Source: Octopus vulgaris
Taxonomy: Eukaryota
Assembly: GCA_951406725.2 (NCBI GenBank)
Contig: OX597826.1
Coordinates: forward strand, 10,602,001-10,666,000
Length of the DNA stretch: 64,000 bases
Direction of reading: 5' to 3'
Part shown: in pieces, positions 26,273 to 39,249 of the stretch
Position numbering within the stretch: the first letter of the stretch is position 1
How the letters are laid out: each line of letters starts with the position of its first letter
The notes under the pieces: model-generated
The model's input: the letters and a program-made list of their open reading frames with translations, nothing else
Told to the model about the DNA's origin: nothing
The model's database searches: none
Program-made: the position numbers and the translations under genes

Positions 26273-27981
26273 GGTTCTTTAAAAACACACAAAAATCACA
26301 ACATATATTTTTGATACATTTGTTTGACAGCTGCATCAAGAAGTGCCAATCGCTAATTGTAGAGAGGATGTGTAGAAGGGGTAGACTCAGGAAGATGTAG
26401 GAGAAAGTGGTGAGAAAAAAAAAACTTCAGATGTTGGGATTCACAGAAAGGTGGCAAGGGAGCAAGATTTTTGGCAGGTTTGCTGTGCTTGAGAAGATGT
26501 GTCAAGCTAAGTAAAATCATGATTGTTCTTGCATACAGGCATGTCCCCTCAACCCCTCCTCAGCAGAGTGATCTTAATCTTCCAGGTTTGTGGGTGCTGG
26601 TGCCACATGAAGAGCATTTGTGCCAGTGATACATGAAAGCACTGCTGGTGCCACATCAAAAGCACCCCGAACACTTTGTAGTGTGGTTGGCATTAGGAAG
26701 GGCATCCAACTGTATAAACCATGCAAAAACAGACACAGAACCCAGGAAGCTCTTCAGCTGGCCAACCTCCGGTCAAACTGTCCAACCATGCCATACCAGC
26801 ATAGAAAACAGACATCAGATGGTGATGATGTTGACGGCAGTCTTCTGTGAATGGCCAAAAACATTTTGTCCGACATTCGAAGTCTGGTCATTGACGCAGT
26901 TCAGTGAATAAAGCAGAATTATGTCAGTGTGACATAATTCAGGAGTGTGACAAAATTAGTATTCATCATCCTCATCATCGTTTAATGTCCGTTTTCCGTG
27001 CTAGCATAGGTTGGACAGTTTGACCGGGGTCTGGGAAGCCAGGAGGCTGCACTAGGCTCCAGTCTGATCTGGCAGTGTTTCTACAGCTGGATGCCCTTCC
27101 TAATGCCAACCACTCCGTGAGTGTAGTGAGTGCTTTTTACGTGCCATGCGCATAGGTGCCAGGGGAGGCTGGCAGCGGCCACGATCGGTTGGTGCTTTTT
27201 ACTTGCCACCGGCACAGAAGCCAGTCAAGGCTTAAAAAGAAATAAGTGAAACTGAATGTAACAGTTTTTCTATGTTATTAAATGAACTAAAATGACCCTT
27301 CAATGATTCACTTGTTCATGCTTGCATGGTCAGACAGAATTCACTGAGACAGATTTTCTATGGCCGGATGCCCTTCCTGTCACCAACTCTCACCTGTTTC
27401 CAAACAAGGTACTATTTCTCCATGTCCAGATATGTTCTTACTAAATATTGGAAATTAATGACATTACTTGCATAACAGTGAGACACATTTACATAAGCAA
27501 AAGGCTTAATTTGCTGTCCAGTTTGATTTCATCATCAGGCCTTTAAGTACCTTTAGTGAAATCCACTACTTGGCATTTAGGCCAGATCCCTGGTCTGAGA
27601 GTATCTTCCTCTTTCCCTCTCATCAGTCTAGGAAGCTCTGTAAAAGGTTATGTAAACTGTACTGTTCTTCTGAGAAAAAGCAAAAGTTCTCTAATCTGTA
27701 AAACAAGAGTGGAATGTCTCCAGGAATACTGCTGCTAGCAGAATTATATATCCTATTCATGGACTCAATTACAATGACAGAGTCCAAAATCAAAAGTCAA
27801 TATCCTCTCCTGCATTCCTTATTTATGATACATATTTAAAAACAGAAATATTCATAATATTTAATGTATATCATTTGAAATTCAACAAAAGCTTCAAGCA
27901 TTTTTTTAAAGTTATGTGTTCTTCACTATTTTCCATTCTGTACTGGTACAATTCACAGTAACTCAAACTATTTATTGATTA

Positions 27982-28426
27982 CACTGTTTAACTGATTTTT
28001 GTCCTGGGGCAGCAACTGTTATTCCTTATTTGCTGACCCCTACAAAGTATGAAAAATGGTTAATATTTCCTTCAGACTTTGCTTTTGTTACATTCACTCA
28101 AACCCTAAAGAATCCCTCTCAACACATGGCTATGATGCTCCCCAACTACTCCTGATCATAATGTCAGCCGTTAAGGGACATACTTAACTGGTTAAGGTCA
28201 AGCAACTGACAAGCAAATCTGTGGTATTGAGCAGAATATTTGCTATAACGATATTTCTGCTTCAGCAACTCAGCACTGAAACATTGCTGTCCAGGTCACA
28301 AAAGCAAAGTTTGAAGGGAATCAAAATCATTTCCTTTGATTTCTAGACGGAAGCAAATACGAAATAACACTTACTGACCAAAGACAAAAAAAAATAAAAT
28401 AAAAATAAAACTTTTGTTACACAGTG
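27982..28426. mobile_element. Non-autonomous DNA element (MITE) with CACTG...CAGTG ends
   Basis: cactgtttaac / gttacacagtg termini with longer imperfect inverted similarity; a second, inverted copy at about 16350-17353 is split by the mariner. Confidence 0.65.
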
Positions 28427-28734
28427 TTATAAGGATATAAGCGGTGGGCTTCCAATCAACGTGTAGGACATAATTTTATGATACATTTACAAAACAATGT
28501 TCAAAATGCAACCAAATAATGATTTGTTTAAGAGATCTGGTCACCAAGTTAAAAGGTAAAGCCATTAACTTAACTCATTTATACCAAACCATTATTTTGA
28601 AAGGTTTGTATTCAAGTTAAAACCTTCCATCATAAGATTATGTAAGAACCTTTAAGTTATGTTATACATATTGTATTAATAATAAAAAAGCTAAAATGGT
28701 TATTTTGTTTAATTCTTCTAAATTTTTTATACTT

Positions 28735-29225
28735 AAAAGGCATCATTCGAGCATGATCGTTACCAGCGTTGCCTTACTGGCACTCGAGCCCCGTGCCAGT
28801 AGGGTATTAAGAGCACCATCCGAGCGTGATTGTTGCCAGAGCAGCTATCTGGCCTCCATGCTGGTGGCACGTAAAAGACACCATTTGAGTGCAATCATTA
28901 CCAGCATCGCCTTACTGGCACCTGTGCCGATTGCATGTGTAAAAGATTCGAGCGAGGTTGTTGCCAGTACCGCCTGACTGGCCCCGTGCTGGTGGCACGT
29001 AAAAGCACTATTTGAGCGTGGCTGTTGACAGTACCACCTGACTGGCCCTTGTGCTGGTGGCACATAAAAGCATCCACTACACTCTCGGAGTGGTTGGCGT
29101 TAGGAAGGGCATCCAGCTGTAGAAACTCTGCCAGATCAAGATTGAAGCCTGGTTCACCAGTCCTCAGTCATTCGTCCAATCCATGCTAGCATGGAAAGCG
29201 GACGGTAAACGATGATGATGATGAT
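28735..29225 (+). mobile_element. RTE LINE 3' UTR fragment
   Basis: Subrepeats (tggcacgtaaaagcacc) and (GAT)n tail; other copies at 26963-27232(-), 29941-30437(+), 36315-36567(+), 44688-44935(-), 51095-51350(-), 52210-52462(-), 55617-55872(+), 56036-56306(+), 59517-59756(+), 61404-61657(+). Confidence 0.8.
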
Positions 29226-29819
29226 GAATGTTTTTGCACTGCTTTCACAGATTCCCATGATTCTCTGTCGCCATCCAATTCCATTATTACGAATCTGAAT
29301 TGGGAGCTTGAGTCATAGTGAATCTTTCATTAGCTTGTTACACAACCATTGATGCCACCCCTATGGATGCATTGCAGTTATTCTCTTTAGAGAGCTTGGT
29401 GATCCTGATCATTGACCTTCTAGGATTCCTTTGCTCAGCATCAATGTAAGAAGCATTTTTGGCTCAGTTGAGCTCTTCTGCTGCCTCTCCACAATCCACC
29501 ATGCTGCAGTCCCATGACTTTGCTGTATCCTTGACAGGGTGGCTGAATGGGTGCTGTGCCTTGCTAAAGGGCAGTCCATAACTATACAGGGCACAGTCAT
29601 CACTCTGTAAGGTATTTCCAAAATACCCACATACCCAATCAAAATACCCACACACCTAATTAAGAGTAAGATATAGACTATTTCATTAGAAATATGGTAA
29701 TGAAAGAGTTAAAAAAACTCCTTCCCTGTCTGATGATATGAATGTAATTCGATATACTATTAAATTCAAGATACTTTCACATTAGCCCCTTGAGGGCAAT
29801 AAAGAAATAAGATACTTAC

Positions 29820-29885
29820 ACATGAACTCAAGGTATCTACATGCATAATACTGGAAATACTATTATATTTATCTTCCGTTTTCCC
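29820..29885 (-). CDS. Cytokine receptor cytoplasmic exon: GKTEDKYNSISSIMHVDTLSSC
   Basis: cttttctctttgcAG acceptor, GTAAGT donor; 66 nt, phase 0 to 0, stop-free. Confidence 0.78.
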
Positions 29886-30650
29886 CTGCAAAGAGAAAAG
29901 TAAAACAGGTAACGTTTAGAAACATCAAAATATTCATTCTGAGATATGCTGTGATTGTGAAGACCCAACAAATGAAGTGAGTTCATGGCTAGCAGGACGG
30001 CCTGCTGTGCTAACCTTGCATCAAAGAGTGACCCGCTGTTCTTGAGGAGACCTATTGAGTCAAGTACGTCAACACCAACATCAAAATAAAAATCAAATGG
30101 AAATTGTAGTTAAGATACCCGTGACGGTGATACGTAAAAAGCGCTGTCCGAACGCGACAGATGCCAGCGCCACCTGACTGGCGTCCATGTTGGTGACACG
30201 TAAAAGCACCAGCCAATTGTGGCCGTTTGCTAGCCTCCTCTGGCCCCTGTGCCGGTGGAATGTAAAAAGCACCCACTACACTCATGGAGTGGTTGACATT
30301 AGGAAGGGCATCCAGCTGTAGAAACACTGCCAGATAAGACTGGAGCCTGCTACAGCCTCCTGGCTTCCCAGATCCCGGTCAAACCGTCCAACCCATGCTA
30401 ACATAGAAAACGGAAGTTAAACGATGAGATGACGATGTTATAGTTCAGCCTTTGTTTTAAATTCACTGCTTTTAAAATAGACAATAAATATTATTATCAA
30501 TCAATCAACATCCATAGCCAAACAGAGGTTGTAAGTAAAGCCCAACACACTTAACTTTCTCCCTTTAAACCAACTCAAGTTTTCCACTATCACTCTCTAT
30601 GTCCATCCCTTACAACTGTTTAACCATTCATTTTGTACAGTTCTATATAC

Positions 30651-30728
30651 GGGCATATGGCGTAGTGGTTAAGAGCGAGGGCTACTAACCCCAAGATTCC
30701 GAGTTCGATACCAAGCAGTGACTTGAAC

Positions 30729-30759
<31 letters not shown>

Positions 30760-30911
30760 TCGAAAAATATCCTAGGAATGAGAACCCAGGTTCGAAATTT
30801 CTCCAAGACACCTAAAGAAGGCTGGAGGGTATATCAGCCGAAATATTGTGTTAACAACAAACAAGGTGAGGACAAATATCTGTCGAATGTAAATAATGTA
30901 AATAATGTACA
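30651..30911 (+). mobile_element. tRNA-headed SINE with (AAT)n spacer and a hammerhead-like (Penelope-type) tail
   Basis: A box tggcgtagtgg, B box gagttcgatacc; the tail matches 49385-49545. Confidence 0.75.
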
Positions 30912-31773
30912 TTTATTTTGTAGTTTTCATATGAATTCATTTATTAAATTGCGAGTTGAAAGAATCATTACTGCACCAGACAAAATATTTAGTGGCATTT
31001 CTTCTAACTCTTTATGACCTGAGTTGGCTGTGTGGTAAGAAGTTTGCTTCCCAACCACATGGTTCTGGGTTCAGTCCCACTGCATGGCATCTTGGGCAAG
31101 TGTCTTCAACTATAGCCTCAGGCCAACCAAAGCCTTGTGAGTGGATTTGGTAGACGGAAACTGGAAGAAGTGTGTGTGTGTGTAGATGTTCCCCCACCAC
31201 CACCTGACAACTGGTGTTGTGTTTATGCCCCCTGTAACTTGGCAGTTTAGCAAAAATGACTGATAGAATAAGTATCAGTCTTAAAAAAAAAATAAGTACT
31301 AGGGTTGATTCATTTGACTAAAAATTCCTCAAGGTAATGCCCCAGTATGGCCACAGTCTAATGACTGAAACAAGTAAACGATAAAAGAATATACTAATCA
31401 TACACTTAAAAAAAAACCCATCTTCTTTTAAAATGTATGTAGAGATGTAAGATGGCCAAGTGCACTTAGTATTGGAATACTTGTTTTGTGGGTTGTGAGT
31501 CTAAATCTCATGCAATCATTTTGTAGTATCTCAACTTGTTTCACGTCACCTAGCAAATGCAAATAAATCTGAGATCATTTAAGAATGTTCTTTTTTTTTT
31601 TATGATTCATTCAGAGTGGCTGTGTGGTAAGTAGCTTGCTTATCAACCACATGGTTTCGGGTTCAGTCCCACTGCGTAGCACCTTGGGCAAGTGTCTTCT
31701 ACTATAGCCTCGGGCCGTCCAAAGCCTTGTGAGTGGATCTGGTAGACAGAAACTGAAAGAAGCCCGTCATATA

Positions 31774-31834
<61 letters not shown>

Positions 31835-32107
31835 ATATGTTTGTGTGTCTGTGTTCCCCCCCCCCCCAACATCGCTTGACAACTGATGCTGGTATGTTTA
31901 CATCCCCGTAACTTAGTGGTTCGGCAAAAGAGACCGATAGAATAAGTACTAGGCTTACAAAGAATAAGTCCTGGGGTCGATTTGCTCGACTAAAGGCAGT
32001 GCTCCAGCATGGCCGCAGTCAAATGACTGAAACAAGTAAAAGAGTAGAGAGAGAGTAACAGCATGCATGACTATTGATCTCTGTATGGTCTCTAAGACTG
32101 GTGAGTG

Positions 32108-32158
<51 letters not shown>

Positions 32159-32594
32159 GCACATCAAGATACTGCATTATCTATTCTCAGACCAGTTCTC
32201 TTGTCTAAATCCTACCAAAGGTTTAGCGAAGGGGTGGTGTTAAAACAAACAATGAGCCAAGAATATTCATCAAGAAATATACGTTGGAATAGAGTGATAC
32301 CCTACATAGAGAGGTTTCTATTCTTGTTCTTGAAACACCATGAAACTAGAGCAAAACTCCAATCCTGAAATGTATCTCTGTATGTTAGATGACACTTATA
32401 TTTGCATTACTCCTTTATATTATAGAGAAATACTTCCCGGTCATCTTAATCATTCATTTCCTTGGAAATGATAATAAGTCTTTGATTTTCTTCTTAGATT
32501 AACATTCAGAAACTTCTGTCTGCAACTCCCATAGACATTAAAATCCAAAATAATGATTAAATGACTTATGATTATATAGCAGCAGCAGCAACAG

Positions 32595-32980
32595 TGGAGG
32601 TGCAATGGCCCAGTGGTTAGGGCAGCGGACTCGCGGTCGGAGGATCGCGGTTTCGATTCCCAGACCAGGCGTTGTGTGTGTTTATTGAGCGAAAACGCCT
32701 AAAGCTCCATGATGCTCCAGCAGGGGGTGGTGGCGACTCCTGTTGTACTCTTTCGCCCCAACTTTCTCTCACTCTTTCTTCCTGTTTCTTGTCCCCGACT
32801 TCCTATGCAACTGCTGAGCTTGGATGCGCATTCATCCATCCGTCGATGCTCTCAGTGTCAGGGGTTGACCTGATTTCTCTTCTGCAGGTCTTACGAATAG
32901 CAAAGGACCACGTTTCGGACTTCTCCCACTGTGAGCTCTGGGACGAAGACCGCTTCACTCAACAAACAAACAAACAAAGC
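32595..32980 (+). mobile_element. SINE family C copy with a distinct structured 3' tail and (CAAA)n end
   Basis: A box tggcccagtgg, B box ggtttcgattccc; inserted in an (AGC)n tract; same head as 54050-54350(-). Confidence 0.8.
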
Positions 32981-33046
32981 AGCAGCAACAACAAATAAAG
33001 AAGTACAGGAATGGAAAAAAAATTAAATAAAAGTAAATCAACTTAC

Positions 33047-33086
33047 AGGATATTCAAATGGTATCTTATCAACAAACTTTTTGGAC
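33047..33086 (-). CDS. Cytokine receptor juxtamembrane/Box1-like exon: (R)SKKFVDKIPFEYP
   Basis: gttttcAG acceptor, GTAAGT donor; 40 nt, phase 2 to 0, matching the phase-2 end of the TM exon. Confidence 0.8.
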
Positions 33087-33419
33087 CTGAAAACCAGAAA
33101 ATGATAAGTTTAATGAATTAAAAAGCTGAAAGTAAGTAGACTAATGTTTTAACTGGAATTAAATATTTTTTAGACAACTTGCTAGCATTAATATATAAAT
33201 ACTAGTTGGGTATTTCATTGCTGGGCAATTTTCATAATAGAATACTTATTACAATTTTTTGTTCTGTGTTAGACCATGTCTTCTCCAGTGGATAGGCTTC
33301 TTGATCCGGAGAGATCTCTGCATTATTTGGGACAATTTATAATGTATCGATGAAATATGGTTTTGGTTTTTCTATTTGGTGCAAAGATGTAAAGATTTTC
33401 CTTAGCTTGCTGCTAATGC

Positions 33420-34552
33420 ATTGTGAGGGTCTTTTGACTGTTGCCCAAATGGAATTTCTTACAGATATGCGCACACACATACCATGTGAGCGATGTAAAT
33501 TTTACCTGATGCAAACTATGGACACATAAAAGGTGCAGCAATATCTGAGGAAGGTTAAGAAGGAAAATATTGTACAGGTACAATAAGCACTAGAAATGTA
33601 CAGGAAATAGATTGCATCAAATACTAGGTGGGGTGCATACCTAGAAATAGTTGATAGCTTATTCTTCATATCACTGAATGCTTTTCAAGCAAGGCCTCTA
33701 TGCCCTTTGTTTTTTTCTGACCTCACCATGAATGTTTTGAGGTATTGAAGTCAGACACATACTTTATTTACAGTTATCTAGCTGACCAAGTAGGTAGTGA
33801 AAGTAGATGTTCTGAGAGTATACCTGCAAGAATAAGAATAGGTTGGGCAAAGTTCAGAGAGCTTCTACCTTTGTTGGTAACAAAGGACTTCTCCCTCAGA
33901 ATGAAAGGCAGACTGCATGATGCTTGAGTGCAAACAGACGTGCTACACTGCAGTGAAATATGGGCTGTGACTGCAGAAGACATGAGAAGGCTTGAAAGAA
34001 ATGAATCCCATATGCTTTGCTGGATGTGCAATGTCGATGTGAATGCACAACAGAGATTGAATGTCTTGAGGAAAAAAATAGGGCATAAGAGGCATCAGAT
34101 GTGGTGTGCAAGAGAGACAAATGCACTAGTATGGTTATGTGATGCATATAGATGATGACAGCAGTGTAAAAAAGTACCGAGCTCTAACTGTGGAAAGAAC
34201 CTGTGGAGGAGGTAGACCCAGGAAGACATGGGACGAGATGGTGAAGCATGATCTTCAAATGTTGGGGCCAATAGAGCTGATGACAAGTGACTGAAACCTT
34301 TGACGATATGCTGTGCTTGAGAAGACTTGTCAAACCAAGTGAAATTATAGTCAAGGCTGTTGCCAGTCTCATGGTCGCATGTTAAAAGTACCCGTTACAT
34401 TCTCAGAGTGGTTGGCATTAGGAAGGGCATCAAACCATAGAAACCATGCCAAATCAGACTGGAACCTGGTGCAGCCCTCCAGCTTACAAGTTACAGTCAA
34501 ACCGTCTAACCCATGTCAGCATAGAAAGTGGATGTTAAACGATGATGATGAT
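33420..34552 (+). mobile_element. Decayed RTE LINE (ORF 3' part + UTR)
   Basis: YLADQV...ARIRIGWAKFRELLPLL...LHCSEIWAVTAEDMRRLERNE...GRGRPRKTW, with frameshifts; (GAT)n tail. Confidence 0.85.
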
Positions 34553-34594
34553 GTGTATATATTTATGTATTTGTATATATATATGTGTGTGAAA

Positions 34595-34925
34595 GCGCAT
34601 GGCTCAGTGGTTAGAGCGTCGAGCTTACGATTGTGAGGTTGTGAGTTTGAATCCCGGACCGGGCTGCACGTTGTGCTCTTGAGCAAGACACTTTATTTCA
34701 CGTTGCTCCAGTTAACTCAGCTGTAGAAATGAGTTGTGATGTCACAGGTGCCAAGCTGAATTGGCCCTTGCCTTTCCCTTGGATAACACTGGTGGCATGG
34801 AGAAGGAAGGCCGGTATGCATGGGTGACTGCTGGTCTTCCATAAACAACCTTGCATGTACTTGTGCCTGGGAGGATAACTTTCTAGGTGCTATCCCACGG
34901 TCAGTCATGACCGAAGGGGGCCTCA
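34595..34925 (+). mobile_element. SINE family D copy (gcgcatggctcagtggttagagc head)
   Basis: A/B boxes; second copy at 41488-41770. Confidence 0.8.
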
Positions 34926-35138
34926 ATATATATGTGTGCATGTATGTCTCAGTCTCTACATATATGCACACACACATACACAACAGGCTCCTTTCAGGTT
35001 CAAATCCACTCATAAGGCTTTAGTTGACCCAGGGCTATAGTAGAACACACTTGCCTAAGGTATCACACAGTGGGACTGAGTCCAGAACCTTGTAGTTGGA
35101 AAGAAAATTTCTCACCACATAGTCATGCCCACATCTAT

Positions 35139-35176
<38 letters not shown>

Positions 35177-36858
35177 GAAGAGCACTACAAAAAAAATCTA
35201 CAACAGTTGTCACTCACAAGTGAATATGACTTGTAGAGTGTATCATGCTTTTGATAATTGTTTTACATGCCTACATAGCTGCAGGCATCCATGGACAGTC
35301 TCTTGGCTCTCTCACCATTGACCTAGCAGTACATCCAGGATGTGACAGCTGTGCCAGCACTTGACTTGTACTCAGTTAAGTGAGCTGGAGCAACATGAAG
35401 TGAAGTGTCTCACTGAAGGACACAATGCATCATGTCCTAGGAATCGAATCCATGACATTATAACTGTGAACATAGGTGTAGGAGTGGCTGTGTGGTAAGT
35501 AGCTTGCTTCCCAACCACATGGTTCTGGGTTTAGTCTTGCTGCAGGGCACCTTGGGCAAGTGTCTTCTACTATAGCCTCGGGCCAACCAAAGCCTTGTGA
35601 GTGGATTTGGTAGACGGAAACTGAAAGAAGCCCATCGTATGTATATATGTGTGTGTTTGTGTTTATCCCCCCAACATCGCTTGACAACCCGATGCTGGTG
35701 TGTTTACTTCCCTGTAACTTAGCAGTTCGGCAAAAGAGATCGATAGAATGAGTACTAGGCGTACAAAGGATAAGTCCTGGGGTTCATGTGCTCGACGAAA
35801 AGGCGGTGCTCCAGCATGGCCACAGTCAAATGACTGAAACAAGTAAAAGAGTTAAAGAATAATGCTCAAACCATTTGGCCAAGCGTCTTTTGAGAGCAAT
35901 CATTACTGTAAATAGCAGTGTCTGACTTCAATACCTCGAAACATTCATGGTGAGGTCAGAAAAAAACAAAGGGTATAGAGGCCTTGCTTGGAAAGCATTC
36001 AGTGATATGAAGAATATCAAAATATCCAACCTTTTTAGACATAATCTCATAATCTCTATGAATGCAATCTTTATGAGCATGAAACTTGGAATTGTACTAG
36101 CTCTATAGTCACGTCCCTCAATGGCTTTTGTTTTCAGATGCTCCAGATAACCTTCAGTGTTTGCTGGATGCAGAAAGTGACCGATGAAGAATCTATGCTG
36201 ACCTTCACCAGTTTATGGCAGGAAGATTGAAGAAGGTGACAGTAACCTGCTGAGTATTGTCTGAGACACCTAAAGTTGTTGCCTGCCAGCCACGACATTA
36301 TCAGGAAATGCTCTGTGCTGTTGGCATGTGTAAAAAGATTCGAGCAAGGTCGTTGCCAGTACCACCAAACTGGCCCCCGTGCTGGTGGCATGTAAAAGCA
36401 CCCACTACACTCTCTGTGTGGTTGGCATTAGGAAGGGCATCCAGCTGTAGAAACTCTGCCAGATCAAGACTGGAGCCTGGTGCAGCCATCTGGTTCGCCA
36501 GCCCTCAGTCATTCGTCCAACCCATGCTAGCATGGAAAGCAGACGTTAAATGATGATGATGATGATGTGAGGATGGATCATGGAGCCTTCTAAGACTCTG
36601 ATGGAGTACATTGGTACCATGATGGCTGAACACAAGACACTGATGACGGAATGGGGTATGTAGCCCATCTGTCATCATGATCAATACAAATGGAAGTTGT
36701 AGTTGACAGAGGATGGGGATGAATGATGAAGTATCTTAGATGATTAAACAATAAACCCACATGAATCTCTATTAAAGCATCATCAGCATCAGTGTTAAAA
36801 TTTCTCTGTAAATTTCATTTAGCTAACCATAAAATGTACATTTACAACATATTTCTCT

Positions 36859-37164
36859 TGTGGTGTCAGTGGAGAGGATGACAGATAGGGGAGGGTGGAA
36901 GTAGGGCTTGCAGGGCGCATGCACGGCAGGAAGCGGAAGCGGTGAGGGACGACGTATGTGTGGCATCGACGAAGGAGCAGTTGCAGCTCACACGAGGAAG
37001 CGAGGAGACGTATTGACCTGGTTGAGAGAGATCTGATCTTTGCTGAGTTTGGTAGACTAATCTTTGCTGAGGTAAGACCTAATTATATTTCCTTTCTCCT
37101 TTTCCTGTTGTCCTCTTTCATCATTCACACCACATCTCTAAAGAGGTTAAAGTAGCCGACCACA
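36859..37164. mobile_element. Possible solo LTR (TGTGGT...ACCACA), GC/CpG-rich
   Basis: 306 bp bounded by TG...CA with a 6-bp inverted repeat; no clean target-site duplication seen. Confidence 0.4.
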
Positions 37165-37385
37165 ATAGGAAATTATCTACTAGTTGATTTCAGTTGGATG
37201 AGTTTACATGAAACTCTCTTTAATATTCTGTCCTTAATATCTTTGTGCAAATCAAGTAATCTAAAATGAATAGGGGCTCACAGAATTTTGAACAGAGGAG
37301 CAAAGATTTGTTGAAAATAAGATATTTTGTTATTTAAAAAAAAGAAAAAAACACAAGAGAAACATAAAAAATATTGATTCCATAC

Positions 37386-37461
37386 CGTTTCACATAGATA
37401 AATATAATCCCGAAAATAAACAGCATAATAATCATAGAGCCGATAATGCTCCAAAGGATAC
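37386..37461 (-). CDS. Cytokine receptor transmembrane exon: (S)ILWSIIGSMIIMLFIFGIIFIYVK(R)
   Basis: ttttctttccAG acceptor, GTATGG donor; 76 nt, phase 1 to 2; 23 uncharged, mostly hydrophobic residues followed by basic stop-transfer residues. Confidence 0.9.
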
Positions 37462-38431
37462 CTGGAAAGAAAATAGTAAAGAAATCAATAAAATCATAAT
37501 GGCAAAAGTGTGAATGAATGAATGAGCCCGCCTGCCCGTCCGTCCGTCCATCCATCCAAACCCACTCATTCGACTAACCATTTAATTAATCAATTATCAT
37601 TTAATGTCCATTTTTATGCTACAACAAGTGGACAGTTGAGCAGGATCCATCTAGCCTGAGAGATGTGTTGACCTCTAGTGCTTGCCTTGGCTAGGTTTCT
37701 GTGACTGGTTGCCCTTCCTCACACCAGCCACTTTATAGAGTGTACTAGGTGCATATTTTGTGACAACCAGCACCAGAGGGATTATCGAGAAATATGCAAG
37801 ACAAGACCCCTTCATAGAGACACAGAACAGTATTGAGGGAGGTGGATTTGTGCCATGTGCAGAGAGGCTGAAGTAGGAAATAGGGGCTGGAACAAGTGTC
37901 TTGCTGTAGAGGAGATACAGCCGTTCTCTCTTTCCTGTGTCTTGTTATAGAAAAGATACATCTTTTCTCTTTTTTGTGTATCCAACAGGAAAGAAAGGAT
38001 GGTGGAAATAAGGTAGCAGAATGTACTCGCAAGGTAAAAGAGGGTGGTTAAGGAGAGTAGGAGTAGAGAATCAGGGATGGAAGTGTGGAGAGGTAGAGGG
38101 ATTAGGTAAAGTGAGGGACACAGGCCATGTGTACATAGAGGTAGATATAGTGAGTTATAAGAATGGGTGTTGATAGAGGTGACAGTGTTTAGTGGACATA
38201 GAGTGGTATATATATATATACTCTTTTTTACTCTTTTACATGTTTCAGTCATTTGACTGTGACCATGCTGGAGCACCGCCTTTAGTCGAGCAAATCGACC
38301 CCGGGACTCATTCTTTGTAAGCCCAGTACTTATTCTATCGGTCTCTTTTGCCAAACCGCGAAGTGACGGGGATGTAAACACACCAGCATCGGTTGTCAAG
38401 CAATGCTAGGGGGACAAACACAGACACACAA

Positions 38432-38482
<51 letters not shown>

Positions 38483-38633
38483 TACGACAGGCTTCTTTCA
38501 GTTTCCGTCTACCAAATCCACTCACAAGGCATTGGTCGGCCCGGTGCTATAGCAGAAGACACTTGCCCAGGGTGCCACGCAGTGGGACTGAACCCGGAAC
38601 CATGTGGTTGGTTAGCAAGCTACTTACCACACA

Positions 38634-38718
<85 letters not shown>

Positions 38719-39032
38719 TGTTTCTTTATTAGCCACACAGGGCTGCACAAAGACGGGACAAATTACAAGGTAGAGCTTTTCTTTTGGGGATAAAAAAAGG
38801 GGGTTTGGTTTTCGATCAAAAGGGATCGTAAAAGGAAAGAAGGAGGAAAGAAAAAAGGGGTGGAGGGGAGAAAATGAAAAAAATACATATTAAGTACAAG
38901 ACATCACCAAACAAGCAAAAAATATGTAAATACACGAGAGACAAGAAATAAAGGGAGAAGGAAAGAAAGAGAGTAAAAGACAAGACAGATGGGGAACAGC
39001 AAAGGAGAGGAAGAAAAAGAAATATAGAGGAT

Positions 39033-39069
<37 letters not shown>

Positions 39070-39118
39070 CAGGCAGAGAACAGAGTCACAGAAATCATAT
39101 ATAAATGTAAAAACTTAC

Positions 39119-39130
39119 TTTTGGGCAAGG
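39119..39130 (-). CDS. Candidate 12-nt microexon in the juxtamembrane stalk, adding (T)LPK
   Basis: T-rich tract plus cacacAG acceptor, perfect GTAAGT donor, symmetric phase 1-1, no stop; no transcript evidence. Confidence 0.45.
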
Positions 39131-39249
39131 CTGTGTGGTGTTCAGTTATTAAATAGAAATGAAAAAAAAAATACACATTAAGTACAAGACATCACCAACA
39201 AGCAAAGATATGCAAACACACAATGAGAGACAAGTATGGGACAAAATAC

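Noticed and set aside
30651-30720. tRNA gene
   Set aside because: A/B boxes are present but no complete acceptor stem is evident, and it continues into a repeat body; it is a SINE head. Same for the heads near 32597, 34596 and 41488.
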